This document shows, piece by piece, positions 26,590 through 38,522 of a stretch of 64,000 nt of DNA. The stretch spans positions 37,636,001 to 37,700,000 of the forward strand of contig OZ249436.1 in the NCBI GenBank assembly GCA_965235115.1. Direction: 5' to 3'. Position numbers and translations under genes: made by a program. The notes below the pieces were generated by a model that was not told the DNA's origin, ran no database searches, and saw only the letters and a program-made list of their open reading frames with translations. Source of the DNA: Laetmonice hystrix (Eukaryota). Every line of letters begins with the position of its first letter. Position 1 is the first letter of the stretch.

Positions 26590-28607
26590 GGGAATAATAA
26601 TAAAAAGGAAGACGAAACCATACAATTTCAAAATCCCATTCACCTAGAAGGTGAATGGGATAACTAGTTGCGAGGTGCCCAGGGCACAGGTATCCCATTC
26701 ACCATTCAATGGTGTTAAAATCGGAAATTAGGTCAACTTGGCCGCCATCTTGGATTTTTCAAATTCGAGGAAAATTGGTCAAGTTTGCCATCTTAACCCC
26801 AATGGCGAAAACCAGACGTTGATATCTTTAACCGTTTTAGAGATATCACTGATTTTTGGTTGAAAATGACCTAAAAGGGCCAACTTTGAAGAGCCATAAC
26901 ATGAAAACTATTGATTTTAGGGGAGCCATCTCGGTGTCAGAGACAGCTGACCCATTACCCAATCCAATGGTGTTAAAATAAAAAATTAGGTCAACTTGGC
27001 CGCCATCTTGGATTTTTCAAATTCAAGGAAAATTGGTCAAGTTTGCCATCTTAACCCCAATGGCGAAAACCAGACGTTGATATCTTTAACCGTTTTAGAG
27101 ATATCAATGATTTTGGGTCACATAGGGTCACGTGACCTAAATAAAAATGGTACCATTTGAAAGGCCATATATGACTTCCTATCTGTCTTCAATAGTAACT
27201 ATGGGCCTATCTGGCTCTGTTTCCAAGTTACTGCTAGCTGAAAACACTGATGACGTCATACAGCCATGTAGGGTCACGTGACCTAAATAAAAATGGTGTC
27301 ATTTGAAAGGCCATATATGACTTCCTATCTGTCTCCAATAGTAACTATGGGACTATCTAGCTCTGTTTCCAAGTTACTGGTAGTTGAAAACACTGATGAC
27401 GTCATACGGCCATATACGGTCACGTGACCTAATTAAAAATGGTGTTATTTGAAAAGCCATATATAACTTCCTATCTGTCCCCAATAGTAACTATGGGCCT
27501 ATCTAGCTCTGTTTCCAAGTTACTGCTATCTGAAAATATCGATGACGTCATAGGGTCACGTAGGGTCACGTGACCTAAATAAAAATGGTGTCATTTGAAA
27601 GGCCATACATGACTTCCTATCTGTCTTCAATAGTAACTAAGGGCCTATCTGGCTCTGTTTCCAAGTTACTGCTAGTTGAAAATACCGATGACGTCATAGG
27701 GTCACGTAGGGTCACGTGACCTAAATAAAAATGGTGTCATTTGAAAGGCCATACATGACTTCCTATCTGTCTTCAATAGTAAATAAGGGCCTATCTGGCT
27801 CTCTTTCCAAGTTACTGCTAGCTGAAAATACCGATGACGTCATAGGGCCACGTAGGGTCACGTGACCTAATTAAAAATGGTGCCATTTGAAAGGCCATAT
27901 ATGACTTCCTATATGTGTTCAATAGTAACTATGGGCCTATCTGGCTCTGTTTCCAAGATATTGCCATGAATGTGTTAATTGACCCATTTACCAAATTTCA
28001 GGGGCTGATATTTGGGTCAAAATAGGCCAAATCAAAATTATGGTCCCTAACTTTTTGAAACCCCACCATGTAGTCTCCCTGAACTTAATTTTGACTCAAT
28101 TTGACTAAAATTCTGGCGCGTGAAAGGATTTGGTCAAATTTTGACCCATGACCTAGATCTCAAGAAGGTCAAAGGTCAAAGGTCATTTGGACCATGGGTC
28201 CTATAGTACTACCCAAGGCATGGTCCATGGTGGCAACCATTTCCCAAAATCCTTATTTGTAAGTGACATAAAGGCTCATAAAAAAATACCAAATTTGACG
28301 GTTATGACGTCATAAATCCATGACGTTACGTCATATGACGTCATGGGTCACATGGTCAACTCATCTTCCCATGCCCAACCTAACTGCCAAGTTTCATTGA
28401 GATATCTTGAAAATTAAGACCAAAGTTAACAGCACTACTACTACTACTACTACTACTACTACGGGAATAATAATAAAAAGGAAGACGAAACCATACAATT
28501 TCAAAATCCCATTCACCTAGAAGGTGAATGGGATAATAATAATAATAAAAAGGAAGGCGACACCATACAATTTCAAAATCCCATTCCCCCAAGGGGGTGA
28601 ATGGGAT
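22535..28607 (-). mobile_element. HINE family C element (body 22535-24787, terminus 28549-28607) interrupted by two tandem C' copies
   Basis: Left end ctag...GTGCC ctg GGCAC...ATCCCATTCACC. The orphan module at 28549-28607 ends GGTGAATGGGAT, the reverse complement of that subTIR. Confidence 0.75.
24788..28534 (-). mobile_element. Two near-identical tandem HINE family C' copies (24788-26661, 26664-28534)
   Basis: Each starts ctagttgcgagGTGCCcagGGCACagg-tATCCCATTCACC and ends ATCCCATTCACC-tagaa-GGTGAATGGGAT. Period is ~1876 bp. Confidence 0.85.
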
Positions 28608-30675
28608 AATAACTAGTCATGTCGTGGCGAGACCACGATGGATCCCATCCCCGGGGTGACATGTCCTTTCTGATATTGAGTTTGAGTAGAGTTACGTTAA
28701 AGGCAGACACTTCCCGACACATTCTGTAATAGGCAGTGGTGTTTGGGAAGTGCCAGGTAAGGTGTCAAGTTATGACGCTGAGAGAATATTTATGACATCC
28801 TTATGACGTCATAGTAGCTATGGCTGTATCTTCAACCATTTACAAGTTATAGCCCAGGGAATATATAGGTGACCTCCTTATGACGTCATAGGTCACGTCA
28901 CGTACAAAACAATGGTGCCAAATGAAATATCATATATGACTTCCTATTCGTGTTCAATAGTAACTATGGCCCTATCTGGCACAGTTTACAAGTTATAGCC
29001 CTGGGAAAATATTGGCGACCTTGCTATGACGTTATGGGTGCATAATGAAAGAGCATGTATATATGACTTCATATTAGGGTTTACTGGTAACTATGGCTCA
29101 ATCTTTAACCATTTACAAGTTATAGTCCTTAGAAAATGCCAATGACATTCTTATGACGTCATAGTTCACGTGACCTGGAAAATGAAGGTGTATAATGAAA
29201 GGGTACATATGACTTCCTATTACTGTTTAATAGTAACTATGGCTCTATCTTCAACCATTTACAAGTTATGGCCCAGGGCAAATATAGGTGACGTCGTTAT
29301 GACGTCACAGGTCACGTGACTCGAAAAATAATGGTCTCAAATGAAAGACCATATATGACTTCCTATTCGTGTTCAATAGTAACTATGGCCCTATCTGGCA
29401 CCGTTTACAAGTTATGGCCCTGAGAATATATTGGCGACCTTGCTCCAATAAGTCACGTGACCTGGAAAATGAAGGTGTATAATGAAGGAGTATATATGAC
29501 TTCCTATTAGTGTTTAATAGTAACTATGGCTCTATCTTCAACCATTTACAAGTTATGGCCCTGGAAAATATAGGTGACGTCGTTAAGACGTCATGGGTCA
29601 CGTGACTTACAAAATAATGGTGCCAAATGAAAGACCATATATGACTTGCTATTCGTGTTCAAGAGTAACTATGGCTCTATCTGGCACAGTTTACAAGTTA
29701 TAGCCCTGAGAAAATGTCAATGACATCCTTATGACGTCATAGGTCACGTGACCTGGAAAATGAAGGTGTATAATGAAAGAGCATATATGACTTCCTATTA
29801 GTGTTTAATAGTAACTATGGCTCTATCTTCAACCATTTTCAAGATATGGCCCTGGGAAAATATAGATGACGTCGTTATGACGTCATAGGTCACGTGACCC
29901 AAAAAATAATGGTGTCAAATGAAAGACCATATATGACTTCCTGTTCGTGTTCAATAGTAACTATGGCCCTATCTGGCACTGTTTACAAGTTATAGACCTG
30001 AGAACATATTGGCGACCTTCCTCTGACGTCATAGGTCACGTGACCTAGAAAATGAAGGTGTATAATGAATGAGTATATATGACTTCCTATTAGTGTTTAA
30101 TAGTAACTATGGCTCTATCTCCAACCATTTACAAGTTATGGCCCTGGGAAAATATAGGTGACGTCGTTATGACGTCACAGGTCACGTGACTCGAAAAATA
30201 ATGGTCTCAAATGAAAGACCATATATGACTTCCTATTCGTGTTCAATAGTAACTATGGCCGTATCTGGCACCATTTACAAGTTATGGCCCTGAGAATATA
30301 TTGGCGACCTTGCTCCAATAAGTCACGTGACCTGGAAAATGAAGGTGTATAATGAAGGAGTATATATGACTTCCTATTAGTGTTTAATAGTAACTATGGC
30401 TCTATCTTCAACCATTTACAAGTTATGGCCCTGGAAAATATAGGAGACGTCGTTAAGACGTCATGGGTCACGTGACTTACAAAATAATGGTGCCAAATGA
30501 AAGACCATATATGACTTCCTATTCGTGTTCAATAGTAGCTATGCCCCTATCTGGCACCGTTTACAAGTTATAGCCCTGGGAACATATTGGCGACCTTGCT
30601 ATGACGTCATAGGTCTCGTGACTTGAAAATTATTGGTGCCTTATCAAAGGGCATGTATATATGACTTCATATTGA

Positions 30676-31615
30676 TGTGGCGATTTTGGGTTTGTGTGTG
30701 CATTTTTCCCTTAAGTTTATTGTAAGGCCTTATTCTACTGTATGTGCCGGTGATCGTGGTGGCCTCCTTCCCACCCGCCAGTGTCCAGACTGTGCGTGCG
30801 TGGGCGTGGCCAAGTGGGGAGCTGAGACGTCAATCTCAGGCCACTCCCGGGCGGATGCTTGCCCATTGGTCAGCCATGCTGGCCGGGTGGAGAGGGCTGC
30901 CCCTCACTGGTCGCCGGCCTTGTAGGCTGCAGCCCCCCTCTCCTTTATAAGGGCCTGCACGCCCTGTATTCGGGGAGAGTGATCCACCCTCTCCGATGGG
31001 ACGGCAGCCAGCACCACCACCCGCCTGAGCAGCAGTAGAGCAGCAGTAGAGCAGCAGTAGAGCAGCAGTAGAGCAGCAGTAGGGCAGCAGTCGGGAGAGC
31101 GGAGTAAGCGCGCAGTTGGCGGCACTGGTCTACAAGAGATTCTTCAGTTTCCAGCAGCGGGAGTGCATTCGGCAACCTGGTCCGGCTGAGGCTGGCGACT
31201 GATAGGTCAATGCCGAGCCTCCCAACCCAGTGCTACCTTCTGCGCCGAAGACCTACCCTGCTGTTCCGCGGTGTGTGTTGCTAGCTGGCTCGCCTCCCAA
31301 AGGAGTGGCGCTCTCCCAAGAGATGTACCCCCCCCCCCCGTCTAAACCCGCTATCTTTGTAAATAACGTGCACATGAACCAGGTAAGCTGCCAACCACAA
31401 CGGGTCAGGGACCGTGAAGTGACCAATATATTTCATTATCAACTATATGCTGTGTTATGTCTCACCTCCCCTCTTTGCCCATATTTAACACCTTAGTCCA
31501 TTTTCCCCCACTCCAGCCACACCGTCTCAATCCTTTCGAGGTAAATGAACACAACGAGAAGTAAACTATCCCCGGCCCTGTACTAAAACTAACACCCACA
31601 GTCAGGGTCGCTACA
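30676..31615 (+). repeat. 5' LTR
   Basis: TG...CA; appears identical to 37583-38522. TATA-like TTTATAA at ~30944 and an 11-bp agagcagcagt repeat at ~31028-31091. Confidence 0.95.
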
Positions 31616-31622
31616 GAATTTC

Positions 31623-31640
31623 TGGTGCCGTGACCAGGAT
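31623..31640 (+). promoter_or_regulatory. Primer-binding site, tRNA-His type
   Basis: TGGTGCCGTGACCAGGAT lies 7 nt after the 5' LTR. It is complementary to the 3' end (ATCCTGGTCACGGCA-CCA) of invertebrate tRNA-His as recalled. Confidence 0.85.
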
Positions 31641-31675
31641 TGGAGCTGTGTGCTGGCGTGAGTTCAAGAGCGGAG

Positions 31676-34582
31676 ATGGACCGGGCAAAGGACAGGCTCA
31701 GGCGGCTGTCTGACTCTATCAGATCGCTGCCTGGCCTACTACGCAGACATGCATCCACCTCCAGTTTAGGCAGCCGACAACGAAGCGATGTCCGGGCAGC
31801 GTACTCCCGGGAGTCGGTTGCACTAAGTGTGCATAGTGACTCCCAAGCTGAGTACGTTGATGCACTCTGTGTGCATAGTTGTGACTCCCCAGAGGAGTAC
31901 GTGGTCACCGACTACGTGCTCCCAACGCCAGACCAGTCCCCCAGCAGTCCACATCAAAGGAACGCCCAGTCCCCCAGCAGTCCACATCGAAGGAACGCCC
32001 AGTCCCCCAGCAGTCCACATCGAAGGGACGCCGACAGCCCCATCAGACTGGCCAGCCCGCCAAGGACAGAGCCCCATTGTGTGAGGCCACCCTCCCACCC
32101 ATCGGGAGATCGCCGCACCCGTCCCACCCCCCGCCCAAGCCAGTGGGTGGGCAGCCCACAGCAGGGTGGACACCATCAGCAGGAGGTCTACCCACAGCGT
32201 GAGGCTCTCACACCGAGAGAAGTTTATGATGACCCCCGTCCCCACAGGGAGCCCCACCGTGGTCACCCCCGTTCCCATATGGCCACACCATATTCCCATA
32301 TCAACCCCCACCCCCACAGAAAAGACTATGATCTCTACAGCCCTGTGTCTCTACGCACCCGCCCCCGATGGCCAAGTCAACGGCCAAGCCACTCAGATAG
32401 TTCGGCTGATGAGGGTGATGGTGGCCACTGCCCCAGATTCAGCGTGCGCCGAGGCAGGAGAGACAGTGAGATAGAGAGATGGCACAGAGACCCCCGCCCA
32501 GTCACCCCCAAACCAATTAGAAGGGACCCATTAAACTTAGACAAGTTCGATGGGAAGGCCCGGGAATGGGAGGATTATGAGGAACACTTCGACCAGGTGG
32601 CTAGTTGGAATGGCTGGACAGATGCCGAGGCTGCCGTGCAGCTGGCGGCTGCTCTGCGACCTCCGGCCAGCACGGTAATGCGGGACCTCCAGCTATCCCA
32701 GAAACGCCACCTTGGGTCACTGAAACAAATGTTAAATAGTAGGTTCGCTCCTGAAGGCAGACAAGTTGCTTTCAGGACGGACTACTATAACCGTTGCCAG
32801 ATAAAGGGTGAAGCTGTAGACGAGTTTGGGCGGGCCCTCAAAGACCTATACAGAAAGGCTTTCCCAGCTACATATGGTAGGGATGAGTACGAATTGGTCG
32901 AACGGTACTGCCAGGGTTTGTGGAGTGAGGAGGTGCAGCAGGACGTCAGAAAGGCTCGATGTCGCACGCTGGAGGAGGCCGTGACGGTGGCTATTGAGAG
33001 CCAGTCAATAGCCAAGGCTATTAAGAGTAGGAGGGGAAGGCTGGCGGCAGTACAGCCTGTCGGGAACACTATGCCTCCTCGCGTGCCAGCTGACGGCCAA
33101 CTGACGGCCCCTGCACCCCTCAGTCCCAACCAGCTGCAGGAACTGATAGTTAAAGCAGTGCGGACAGAGATGACTGACAGATCCCGGACAGGGAGGGAGG
33201 AAAGTATTTGTTTCTACTGCCGAAAGAAGGGGCATTTCCAAGCCGAATGTAGGCTGAGGCAGGAGGACATGAGGCAAAGAAATCCAGTTAGGCAGAGGCC
33301 AAATTATAGAGACGGTGGGAATGACGCAAGGCATAGTCAACCAACTGAGGGACAGTCAAGGAACCAACCACATGATATAAATGATCAGAATTCAAATGAG
33401 TCGGAGATGATACTGGCACTGGCTAGAGAAAAGTGTAAATATGTTAGGGTTGATATTTGTGGAGTTACAGCTGACATGCTGATTGACACGGGTTCGTCGG
33501 TAACAGTGATTGACAAATCAGTTTTTCTGGATATAGAAAGTTCTGCGCGTCCAAAGTTAATCCACAGTGATTCCAAGTTAAGGACTGTCAATAGTGAGCC
33601 CCTTGATGTCTACGGGAAGATAGATGTAGAGCTGGGTGTACAGGGTCATCAGTACAAACATGAGACGATTGTTGCTAACATATGGGGACTGCAGGGTATT
33701 CTTGGTTTGGATTTCATATTAAAGCAAAACGGAGTGATTGACCTGAGGGACGATGTTATCAGATTAAATGGAGTGGCGATCTTCATGCGTTCTGGGTGCC
33801 TTCCCTCATGTGCTCACGTGGGAACAAGCCAGGACGGCACCAGTGGACCCCGGTCGCCGCCCGTCTCCACCCGACACGCACATCAAAGGGATGCAGGGCG
33901 AGATGTCGGCAGAGAGCCTGGACAGAGGGGCATTGTTTTAACTGGTGTCGGGGACGCCGCCCCCACCGTGGAGGCCCTGCTGGACAGCCCAACGAGCTGG
34001 GATCGCCTAGCTGACACCTTCATGGCGGAGCCTAATGAATTTGTTGAGGGCCCCAGTACCCACTTTGGTCGCCAGAGGACGACTGTGCTGCCTGCCAGTA
34101 ATGACCTGCGAACGACCAGGCCTCAGGTTTCCGGGAAGGCAGGTCCAGTCGGTGATGGGCCAGTCGGAACCCTCCCTCCCACAATGCACCCACTGTGGGA
34201 CAGGATGACCGATCCTACATCCAAGGGTCGAGACGGCCATGGAGGGAGAACAAAGGTGGAGCTGTGGGACTCCCCAACACTATTGACGGAGGGGCCACCT
34301 GACTTGCGGGTCGGACCCCATGAGAAGTTGCTCATCAGCGGAGGAGAACCCCCTGATGAGGGTGTTGATGAGGCGTTTTATGGTTTTGATGATGTGAAAG
34401 TTGGGCAGCGACACCCCCTGCCCATTGGCCTGTGGGAATGCAGCCGAGAGATTGGACCATTGAGCTCGGACCATTGGGGAGATCCTCAATGGCCCCCATT
34501 GACGCAGTGGGTCTCAGACACTGCCGGCAGCCTTTCTGAACCCCAGAAGGCGACCCACATGGTGACCACCCCGACATTGTAA
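31676..34582 (+). CDS. gag: Gag-protease polyprotein (low-complexity N-terminus, Gag core, CCHC zinc knuckle, retropepsin)
   Basis: Uninterrupted ORF with first ATG at 31676. Gag-like LDKFDGK..W.DY.EHF...A.WNGW; CFYCRKKGHFQAEC; protease motifs MLIDTGSSVTVI and GILGLDFI. Confidence 0.9.
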   Translation: MDRAKDRLRRLSDSIRSLPGLLRRHASTSSLGSRQRSDVRAAYSRESVALSVHSDSQAEYVDALCVHSCDSPEEYVVTDYVLPTPDQSPSSPHQRNAQSPSSPHRRNAQSPSSPHRRDADSPIRLASPPRTEPHCVRPPSHPSGDRRTRPTPRPSQWVGSPQQGGHHQQEVYPQREALTPREVYDDPRPHREPHRGHPRSHMATPYSHINPHPHRKDYDLYSPVSLRTRPRWPSQRPSHSDSSADEGDGGHCPRFSVRRGRRDSEIERWHRDPRPVTPKPIRRDPLNLDKFDGKAREWEDYEEHFDQVASWNGWTDAEAAVQLAAALRPPASTVMRDLQLSQKRHLGSLKQMLNSRFAPEGRQVAFRTDYYNRCQIKGEAVDEFGRALKDLYRKAFPATYGRDEYELVERYCQGLWSEEVQQDVRKARCRTLEEAVTVAIESQSIAKAIKSRRGRLAAVQPVGNTMPPRVPADGQLTAPAPLSPNQLQELIVKAVRTEMTDRSRTGREESICFYCRKKGHFQAECRLRQEDMRQRNPVRQRPNYRDGGNDARHSQPTEGQSRNQPHDINDQNSNESEMILALAREKCKYVRVDICGVTADMLIDTGSSVTVIDKSVFLDIESSARPKLIHSDSKLRTVNSEPLDVYGKIDVELGVQGHQYKHETIVANIWGLQGILGLDFILKQNGVIDLRDDVIRLNGVAIFMRSGCLPSCAHVGTSQDGTSGPRSPPVSTRHAHQRDAGRDVGREPGQRGIVLTGVGDAAPTVEALLDSPTSWDRLADTFMAEPNEFVEGPSTHFGRQRTTVLPASNDLRTTRPQVSGKAGPVGDGPVGTLPPTMHPLWDRMTDPTSKGRDGHGGRTKVELWDSPTLLTEGPPDLRVGPHEKLLISGGEPPDEGVDEAFYGFDDVKVGQRHPLPIGLWECSREIGPLSSDHWGDPQWPPLTQWVSDTAGSLSEPQKATHMVTTPTL

Positions 34583-37567
34583 ACCCAGGGCGGATGCCTG
34601 CAACCCACACCCACCCCAACCCCGCGACACCAAGGGCGTCAGTGTAACTGAGGATGGCGAAGTAGTCTACATGTATAACGAATAGACCGCCCAAGTAACG
34701 TTTGAACAGGAGGGATGATAACTGCAAGAGATGAAAGAAAGGGAAGGAGTAGTGTTGTTAACTAGTGTATTCACATATGTACGCCCGGGTTGTTGAGATA
34801 GTTGAAGAGATTAGTAAGCAGTCGAGAGTCTGCCTGATGTGTGTGTGAGTCCCAAAGTATAGACTTTTGTTGTCTCGTCTGCAATAGGTTCGGTGCATTT
34901 TTTTATTCAGCGTCGTACGTTCCACGAGAAGCGCCAGTGGTAGCCACGAATGCAGCAATGAGTTGCGGCTAGACTTATAGGGCTTTATCTTTTCTTGGTA
35001 TCGGGACAAACTGTCAGGTTGATCCTCTATCACTCATTATGGACAGCTGAGGAAGCAGCAGTGAGCTGTGGCTGTGGTTGATTTTGTCGCACGAGGGTGC
35101 AGTATCTTTTTTATTGAGTGATAGGGAAGGCATCCGTTGAGGTTGGGACCTTTGAGGACTGACATACGGTTAAAAAACATCAGAGGAATATTTGGACTGA
35201 GTCAGTCTAAAGAGTGAAAATGTAGACACAGGTGTTTTGTCTACAAAAGTTGTTTCCTTCAGTTGGAGGCACATGTTGCAGGTGAATGTAACCTATAGAT
35301 CGGTTTCATTGTGAATTCTAGTACAGAGTGTGTGGAGTGCAAGTTTCCAATTTTTCGCAGTTGTTGTCTGATCAACGGGGTAGGTCAAGAGTGCAAAGTG
35401 ATTAGATGAAGTGTGAAGTGCAGTAGAACAGAGCGGTCAGTGAGCTGACCACATCGCCGGTCATCAAAGACATCTAGTGTGGGAGAGTTACATCCTAGCG
35501 GCAGGACGGCTCTGATGAGGAGCATCCCTTGGAAATGTTTTATGAGGGGAGAGTTGGATAGCTAACAAGGGTTGGTGTGTGGTGTGTGTATTATCGCTGG
35601 CTATTGATGGTGTTAATGGGTGTACTTATGTGTCGGTTAGGAGGTGCCAGGTTTCTGCAGAAACAAGATATGATAGGTGAAGACGGATAGGCAAGTGCCT
35701 TTGTAAATTTAATGTGTAAAGTGAATATTCGTTGAGGATACAGGACAAAGGTCCTGGGGTATATAGGCCGCTACTTGGCCAGAAAGATGATGTTGTGCGT
35801 TGATATACGTTTCCTAGAGTTGAGCGGTTACTCCAGGTTTGTTTTTTTTATTATTATTTTTGATTGTCCTATTTGGATATAGCTACGTGAAGATGGGTCA
35901 TACAACTCATAGGTCGCTCCTATGGACTAAGCCAGTTTTTGTCCTTGTAGTTGATCACGGAAATATTTTATATTCTATGTCAGTGGGTGTGATCCCTGTT
36001 TTAACCAGGGCCAGTTAGAATAAGCCAAGGGACTTATTTCAGTGACAGTTTCCCTGTTAGGCAGGGTTAGTGAGTACATATACACACACGTACATGTATT
36101 TGGTTGACAGTGCTATGGCGGCAAGCACATTTTTCCCAGTAGGGCAGTTATGGATTCCAGTTGATTGAGTTAGTCTTTTAGGTGTGATTATTTCTCACAT
36201 ATTCATTGTGTTTATGGAAGGTTGAAGGTATTCGACCACCAGTTTTTGCATATGACTTGAGTGCTATTACAGAGCCCCATGTGGAGCGAACCATTAAGGG
36301 AAGCTTATAGTTTCAAAACAGTTATTATTGGAGTTTGTAGTATGACGTAATATGGTCGGTAGGAAACTCCGCGGGACACAGATTCCAGCTATGTATGATG
36401 GGTAGTTAGGTAGTTTTGTATTACTAACTAGTTGATTGGAGACTAGAAGAAGGGTGTTTTGTCTGCTAGCCATGCCCAGTTAGGTGCCATGAGGGGGCCA
36501 GCAGGGGGTCGTCCTCCAGCGCACAGGACGGACTGCGGCAAGTCCCCTTGATCTGTTGATCTGCCGCCACCATTGGACGCGATCACTGGCGGTCAACACC
36601 ATTTAGGGCAGCATACAGGGGTAGCATCGGGCAGGCCGCCCCACACCGCTGACCAACGGAGGACAGGAGGACGGGGAGGCCGCCTCACACCGCCGACCAA
36701 CGGAGGACAGGAGGACAGGCGCTGAGGCAGCGCCATTGGAGTGCCTAGGGCACGGTGATTGTGCCCCGTGTGGCATCAGGCCTACGGGATGCTAGTGACG
36801 GCTGGCGGCTGAGGACCATGGACCGCCGGGCAACAGGCACATGAGGGCGCGTGCAGACGTGCAGGGCGGAGGTCGGAGAGCGATGGCAGCCGCGAGGTTC
36901 AACAATTACTTCCAACCGCATCTCAAGCTTTGTAAGGTGAAGTGTATTGGCTCCAACGCTGGAGGGGGCAGAGTAGATTAGCACCCTGCCCCAGTATAGC
37001 TATTGTATTTTTCTATTTGAGCCACATGTGTTTAACTTTAAAGCAGACCGTGTTAATGTGTTTTATTTACAGGCCCCAACGCTGGAGACTGAGGCAGACT
37101 AGCCCCTTAGTCGTTATTTTAATTTTCTGGGCCGATGTTAGATTGACAGGATGTAATTCTTGTGTTAACGTATTTTGGTTTACAGGCCCCAACGCTGGAG
37201 ACTGAGGCAGACTATCCCCTTAGTTGATATTTTAATTTTCTGGGCCAGTGTTAAAGTAGAGTTTTGTTGTGTGACCCCACCGCTGGAGAGGGAGAGGCAG
37301 ATCAGCCCCTCTCCCCATCGTTTACTTTTCCTTGGGTCAGTTATTAAAGCAGGTGTTAGGCCAAGGAGTTCTTTTTACAGTACTTTTGTAAGTATACTTT
37401 TGTGAGTGTTTTTAAGCGTACTTTTGTAAGTATACTTTTGTGAGTGTTTTTAAGCGTACTTTTGTAAGTATACTTTTGTCAGTCAACGTTCTTGTTGACC
37501 TTAGCTTTGATTGTACTCCCGTTTATGTGGTTCCCTCCTTGCCTTAAACTCGAGGACGAGTTTTTAC

Positions 37568-37582
37568 GAAGGTAGGGTGGGA
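37568..37582 (+). promoter_or_regulatory. Polypurine tract
   Basis: GAAGGTAGGGTGGGA immediately before the 3' LTR, preceded by an AACTCG-agga-CGAGTT hairpin. Confidence 0.85.
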
Positions 37583-38522
37583 TGTGGCGATTTTGGGTTT
37601 GTGTGTGCATTTTTCCCTTAAGTTTATTGTAAGGCCTTATTCTACTGTATGTGCCGGTGATCGTGGTGGCCTCCTTCCCACCCGCCAGTGTCCAGACTGT
37701 GCGTGCGTGGGCGTGGCCAAGTGGGGAGCTGAGACGTCAATCTCAGGCCACTCCCGGGCGGATGCTTGCCCATTGGTCAGCCATGCTGGCCGGGTGGAGA
37801 GGGCTGCCCCTCACTGGTCGCCGGCCTTGTAGGCTGCAGCCCCCCTCTCCTTTATAAGGGCCTGCACGCCCTGTATTCGGGGAGAGTGATCCACCCTCTC
37901 CGATGGGACGGCAGCCAGCACCACCACCCGCCTGAGCAGCAGTAGAGCAGCAGTAGAGCAGCAGTAGAGCAGCAGTAGAGCAGCAGTAGGGCAGCAGTCG
38001 GGAGAGCGGAGTAAGCGCGCAGTTGGCGGCACTGGTCTACAAGAGATTCTTCAGTTTCCAGCAGCGGGAGTGCATTCGGCAACCTGGTCCGGCTGAGGCT
38101 GGCGACTGATAGGTCAATGCCGAGCCTCCCAACCCAGTGCTACCTTCTGCGCCGAAGACCTACCCTGCTGTTCCGCGGTGTGTGTTGCTAGCTGGCTCGC
38201 CTCCCAAAGGAGTGGCGCTCTCCCAAGAGATGTACCCCCCCCCCCCGTCTAAACCCGCTATCTTTGTAAATAACGTGCACATGAACCAGGTAAGCTGCCA
38301 ACCACAACGGGTCAGGGACCGTGAAGTGACCAATATATTTCATTATCAACTATATGCTGTGTTATGTCTCACCTCCCCTCTTTGCCCATATTTAACACCT
38401 TAGTCCATTTTCCCCCACTCCAGCCACACCGTCTCAATCCTTTCGAGGTAAATGAACACAACGAGAAGTAAACTATCCCCGGCCCTGTACTAAAACTAAC
38501 ACCCACAGTCAGGGTCGCTACA
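37583..38522 (+). repeat. 3' LTR
   Basis: Direct repeat of 30676-31615. Confidence 0.95.

Larger units (their letters stand above)
30676..38522 (+). mobile_element. Ty3/Gypsy-like LTR retrotransposon, non-autonomous (Gag-protease only)
   Basis: 940-bp direct repeats with TGTGGCGA...TCGCTACA termini, a PBS, a PPT and a Gag-PR ORF. No RT/RNase H/integrase ORF in the remaining ~3 kb. Confidence 0.92.

Noticed and set aside
589..30660. Many 60-90 aa ORFs (e.g. NSNYG..., DVIGHVT...)
   Set aside because: Chance open frames in the 146-bp repeats and microsatellites; sister copies contain stops and frameshifts.
35505..35545. Possible hammerhead ribozyme (CTGATGA...GAAA) in the LTR element
   Set aside because: Stem II cannot close next to GAAA, and no convincing stems I and III with a UH site were found.
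34583..37582. Degenerate pol or env in the retroelement
   Set aside because: No long ORF and no YxDD, RNase H or DDE motif recognisable by eye. A profile search is still needed to exclude old remnants.
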